A DNA stretch of 64,000 nt from Raja brachyura (taxonomy: Eukaryota), in assembly GCA_963514005.1 (NCBI GenBank), contig OY740803.1:28396001-28460000 (forward strand). The letters are read 5' to 3'. The translations under genes and the position numbers were made by a program. The notes below the pieces were generated by a model that did no database searches, was not told the DNA's origin, and saw only the letters and a program-made list of their open reading frames with translations. Numbering within the stretch: position 1 is the stretch's first letter; each line of letters opens with the position of its first letter. Shown here in pieces: positions 60,886-64,000 of the stretch.

Positions 60886-63639
60886 CCATACCGTGGTTTA
60901 CAGAAGTTTGGTGTTTGATTTATGCCATCATGTTACTGTGACCTCATCACCCGAAGGGGCATGTTCATCCACCCTGAAAGGCTGACCTCTGGGTCTCTGT
61001 TCAACCCTACTCTCCAGGCTCTCCTCAGCATCTCCTTCCCAGCATCTCGGTCCTCCTTTCCAATCATCCCACCTCCTCCAAACCTCTTCTTCAAATACCT
61101 GCCCCTGCATATCTCAACATCACTTTCCCACACTCCATGCTCTGCGATGGTCATGCTCTCATTCTCCTCTCTGGGCCAGACGTTGTGGGTTCAACTTCTC
61201 CCCTGGAGTGGGTGTTCCATTGATAGCACATTTCAGAATAGTCATCAAACTGAAGCCCCATCCGCCCCAAATGTTTGTGGGCATTCAAGGAGTAAGAGGC
61301 ATTTGTTTTCAGGGCTGGGAACAGCATCCCAGCTGACGGCTAAACCAATGTCAATCACTTCACTGGTGCCTGTGCTATTTTACATCAACTGACTGCCATA
61401 TTTCCAACATTATAGAATGACTCGACTTCAACAGCACTTCTCCAGCTGTTGGGGATGCAATGAGATAGTAACATTGAACTAGAAATGCAAGAGTTACATT
61501 GGAAGTCCACTCTGCCTTATGTTGATCTGGACTATGCTCTTCCCAAGCCTGGTTAAAAGGTTAACTGCCCTATTTCCCTGCTCATCCGATAAAACCATCT
61601 GTTTCCTGGTGTTCCCCTGGACAATAAATTAACCCGTGCTGAGAGCCTCTGGGTTATTTAACTGCAGGGCTATCGAGATCCAACTTCAGCTGGTGCCAAA
61701 CACAATTGATCACTACCAGAGATTAGCTGTCAGTGATGTGAGTTTGCCTGATTCTGACCTCCAAAGCCATTGTGCCCAACAATTGGACCTACTAGATTAA
61801 ACATGGTGAACCTTCCCTGCACTCCCTCTAATGTAAGTACATCCGTCTCTGGGTAGAGAGATCAGAACTGTATATATTCCACCAGTGCCCTATTTAATTG
61901 GAGCAAGACGTTTACTCTTGTACACATCTCCTCTGGCATTAAAGGCCAATGTTACAGTCTTCCATCCTGTTGATGAGTCAGGGGTTACTAGTTGCCAAGA
62001 ATATGGCACCAGGTGTGTCTTCTCCAACTCAAAATCCATCCCATTCATGGAGACGAGCAAAATGATTTGTGTTCTGTGACTGCCTGGAATGAGGCCAGGG
62101 TGAATGCATGGTGAATCAGGGTTGTGTGTCCGATGACCCAGCTGCGCACAACCATCCCGCTAACCGACGGCTCAACTCATGCGGAAAACCAGAGGGGATG
62201 GTGCGCTTGGAAGTGCCGGTGGGAGAGCAGAGAGTGGAAATATACAACTTGTATTTCTTGGCAGAAGTAGTTCAACGAACTGCAATACACTGTCAAGGTC
62301 ACTGTGGTTTAAAGCCATGAAATGATAAAAGTCATAGGCTAGTACTGATGGGACCGAATAATTCCCTCTAAGAGACCTCACATTTTCCTTAGTACCATAG
62401 GAGTGTGGCAAACTTTGCAATGTATATTTGCCTTGAATTAGGAATGAATTAGACTGAAACAAACCAAAATGCTGGCAATACTCAGCAGGTCAGGCAGCAT
62501 CTGTGGCAAGAGTAATAACATTAGAAGGGTCTCGGCCCTGAAACATTAACTGTTCTTTCCACAGGTAGCATCTGAACTGCAGAGGGTTTCCACCAATTTC
62601 TGTTTTTCTTTCAGATTTCTGCATTTGACTTTTGATTTTCATGTGTTCTTGTTCCGTGTGACACTCTCGCAGCCAAACAGCCTGTTGCCACATGCAGTCC
62701 AGGCCTCAGGTAAAAACCCCGTCAACTAAAGCTATGGGTCAGCAGATTCAGAGGTCCGCGTTAGCCAGTGCCTAATTGGAGAGCATGAGAGAGAGAAACC
62801 TGTTCCATGACTACACAACAAGTCATGATGTGTGTGTTGAAATGCAATTGGGACAAGAGCAATAGTAAAGGCTAAAGTAATAACTATAGCAAAGGATATT
62901 TTATCAGTTTCCTGCACAACTAATTGCACAGACTGGCAGTACCCCTCATTCCACATACACCCACAAATAATTACACAGCGCAGAATGCATTGAGCTACCA
63001 TATGCACGGCACATATGGTCAATCTGGTTAACATTAGTTTAACTCACTGGAGTCTAATTTAGTCACGAATGACAAGTAAAAAAATGTACAGAATTTCATC
63101 ATATAGTGAAATAAAGTGAGCACGGGGGAAACTGTATAAATCGTGGAAGGATCAGACTTTGACAGCCAAGAATCCATTTGCTCACAACGCGGTCAGACTG
63201 CTCAATAGAACAGGGGCTGTAACCTTTTCTCCTATTAATGGCTTTGGGGATAGCAGGAGTGAGAATGAAAAACACATAGGCAAGGATTTGAAGGGCCAAA
63301 TAACCAAAAAATTGAACAGTCGATTCTTAACAATCCTTATAATAGGAAAAGAAAAGCTGGGGTAACTAAACTCAACAGGCAGCAACTGCACTTCCTTCCT
63401 ACACTTATAATAGCCAACCTGGGTCCTGACATTGCGTTTTTGCATAATAGGTTATTTCTCCAAATGACTTGATGCTCAATTCCTTCCCTGGTTATACATT
63501 TTGCTAGGCCAAGTGGGAGGAGTAATTTTGTTAATGAGCTATGGACTCACCCACACAATGGGCTGGATTGTTGCACCCTGTTCTTGCAAATATACACTGA
63601 TGTCTCCGACACGGTTACACACATTATTTTTTGGTGAAA

Positions 63640-63845
63640 AGAGAATGCACAAATAATGGCACCTATCATGACTTTAGTATTTCCCATATGAATCATAGTC
63701 AATGAATTATTTTTGAAATTGAGTAACCTTGTAATACAAGGCAGCCAATATGCATGAAGCAAGACTCTGTAAAAACAGCAATGTGATAACATCCAGATAA
63801 TCTGTTAAATCAATGTTGGTTGAGGGACATATATTGACCCAGAAT
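63640..63845 (-). mobile_element. Ancient Deu-domain SINE (SacSINE1/AmnSINE1-like) remnant
   Basis: ggcagccaatatgcatgaagcaag...cagcaatgtgataacatccagataatctg...atgttggttgagggacatatattgacccag resembles the reverse Deu domain. Confidence 0.6.
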
Positions 63846-64000
63846 CAAATTATACTATTAATTGGTCTTGAATACATTCAGCACCTGAGGCTCTCTTGGA
63901 TGGAGAAACTCGAAAGATCGTTTAACATATTGTCCAGAGAGTTGGCTGAGATGGGGCAACTGCCCAGCAAGTCTGCCGGTCTTGACACTAGGACACCCAG

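Noticed and set aside
60340-64000. Further upstream CASKIN2 ankyrin exons
   Set aside because: No segment resembling the expected SEMLLQHQSNPC...TPLDLACEFGR exon was found by eye; it is probably beyond the window.

Overview
Vertebrate genomic DNA. The repeat content (CR1/HER1-type LINEs, V-SINEs, Deu-domain SINEs, Penelope-like elements) suggests a cartilaginous fish, probably a skate or ray (inference). Two convergent spliced genes were reconstructed by hand from splice sites and reading phase. TMEM94 (ERMA) contributes its last four coding exons on the + strand (4086-10839) and a probable ~6 kb 3'UTR. CASKIN2 contributes most of its coding exons on the - strand (60339 to 24612: late ankyrin repeats, SH3, SAM1-SAM2, proline-rich region, C-terminal helix); its 5' exons lie beyond the window. 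This tail-to-tail pair matches the human 17q25 arrangement. Main points: (i) this CASKIN2 has a 54-nt exon encoding EDIWVLR, the ExIWVxR CASK-binding motif known from Caskin1/Mint1 and reported absent from mammalian Caskin2; (ii) many Penelope-derived mini-elements carry minimal hammerhead-ribozyme cores and their own target-site duplications, one in sense orientation in the putative TMEM94 3'UTR; (iii) several MITE families and candidate cassette exons. There is one 373-nt N gap. Most ORFs in the supplied track are spurious. Comparisons with human proteins are from recall, and repeat boundaries are approximate.
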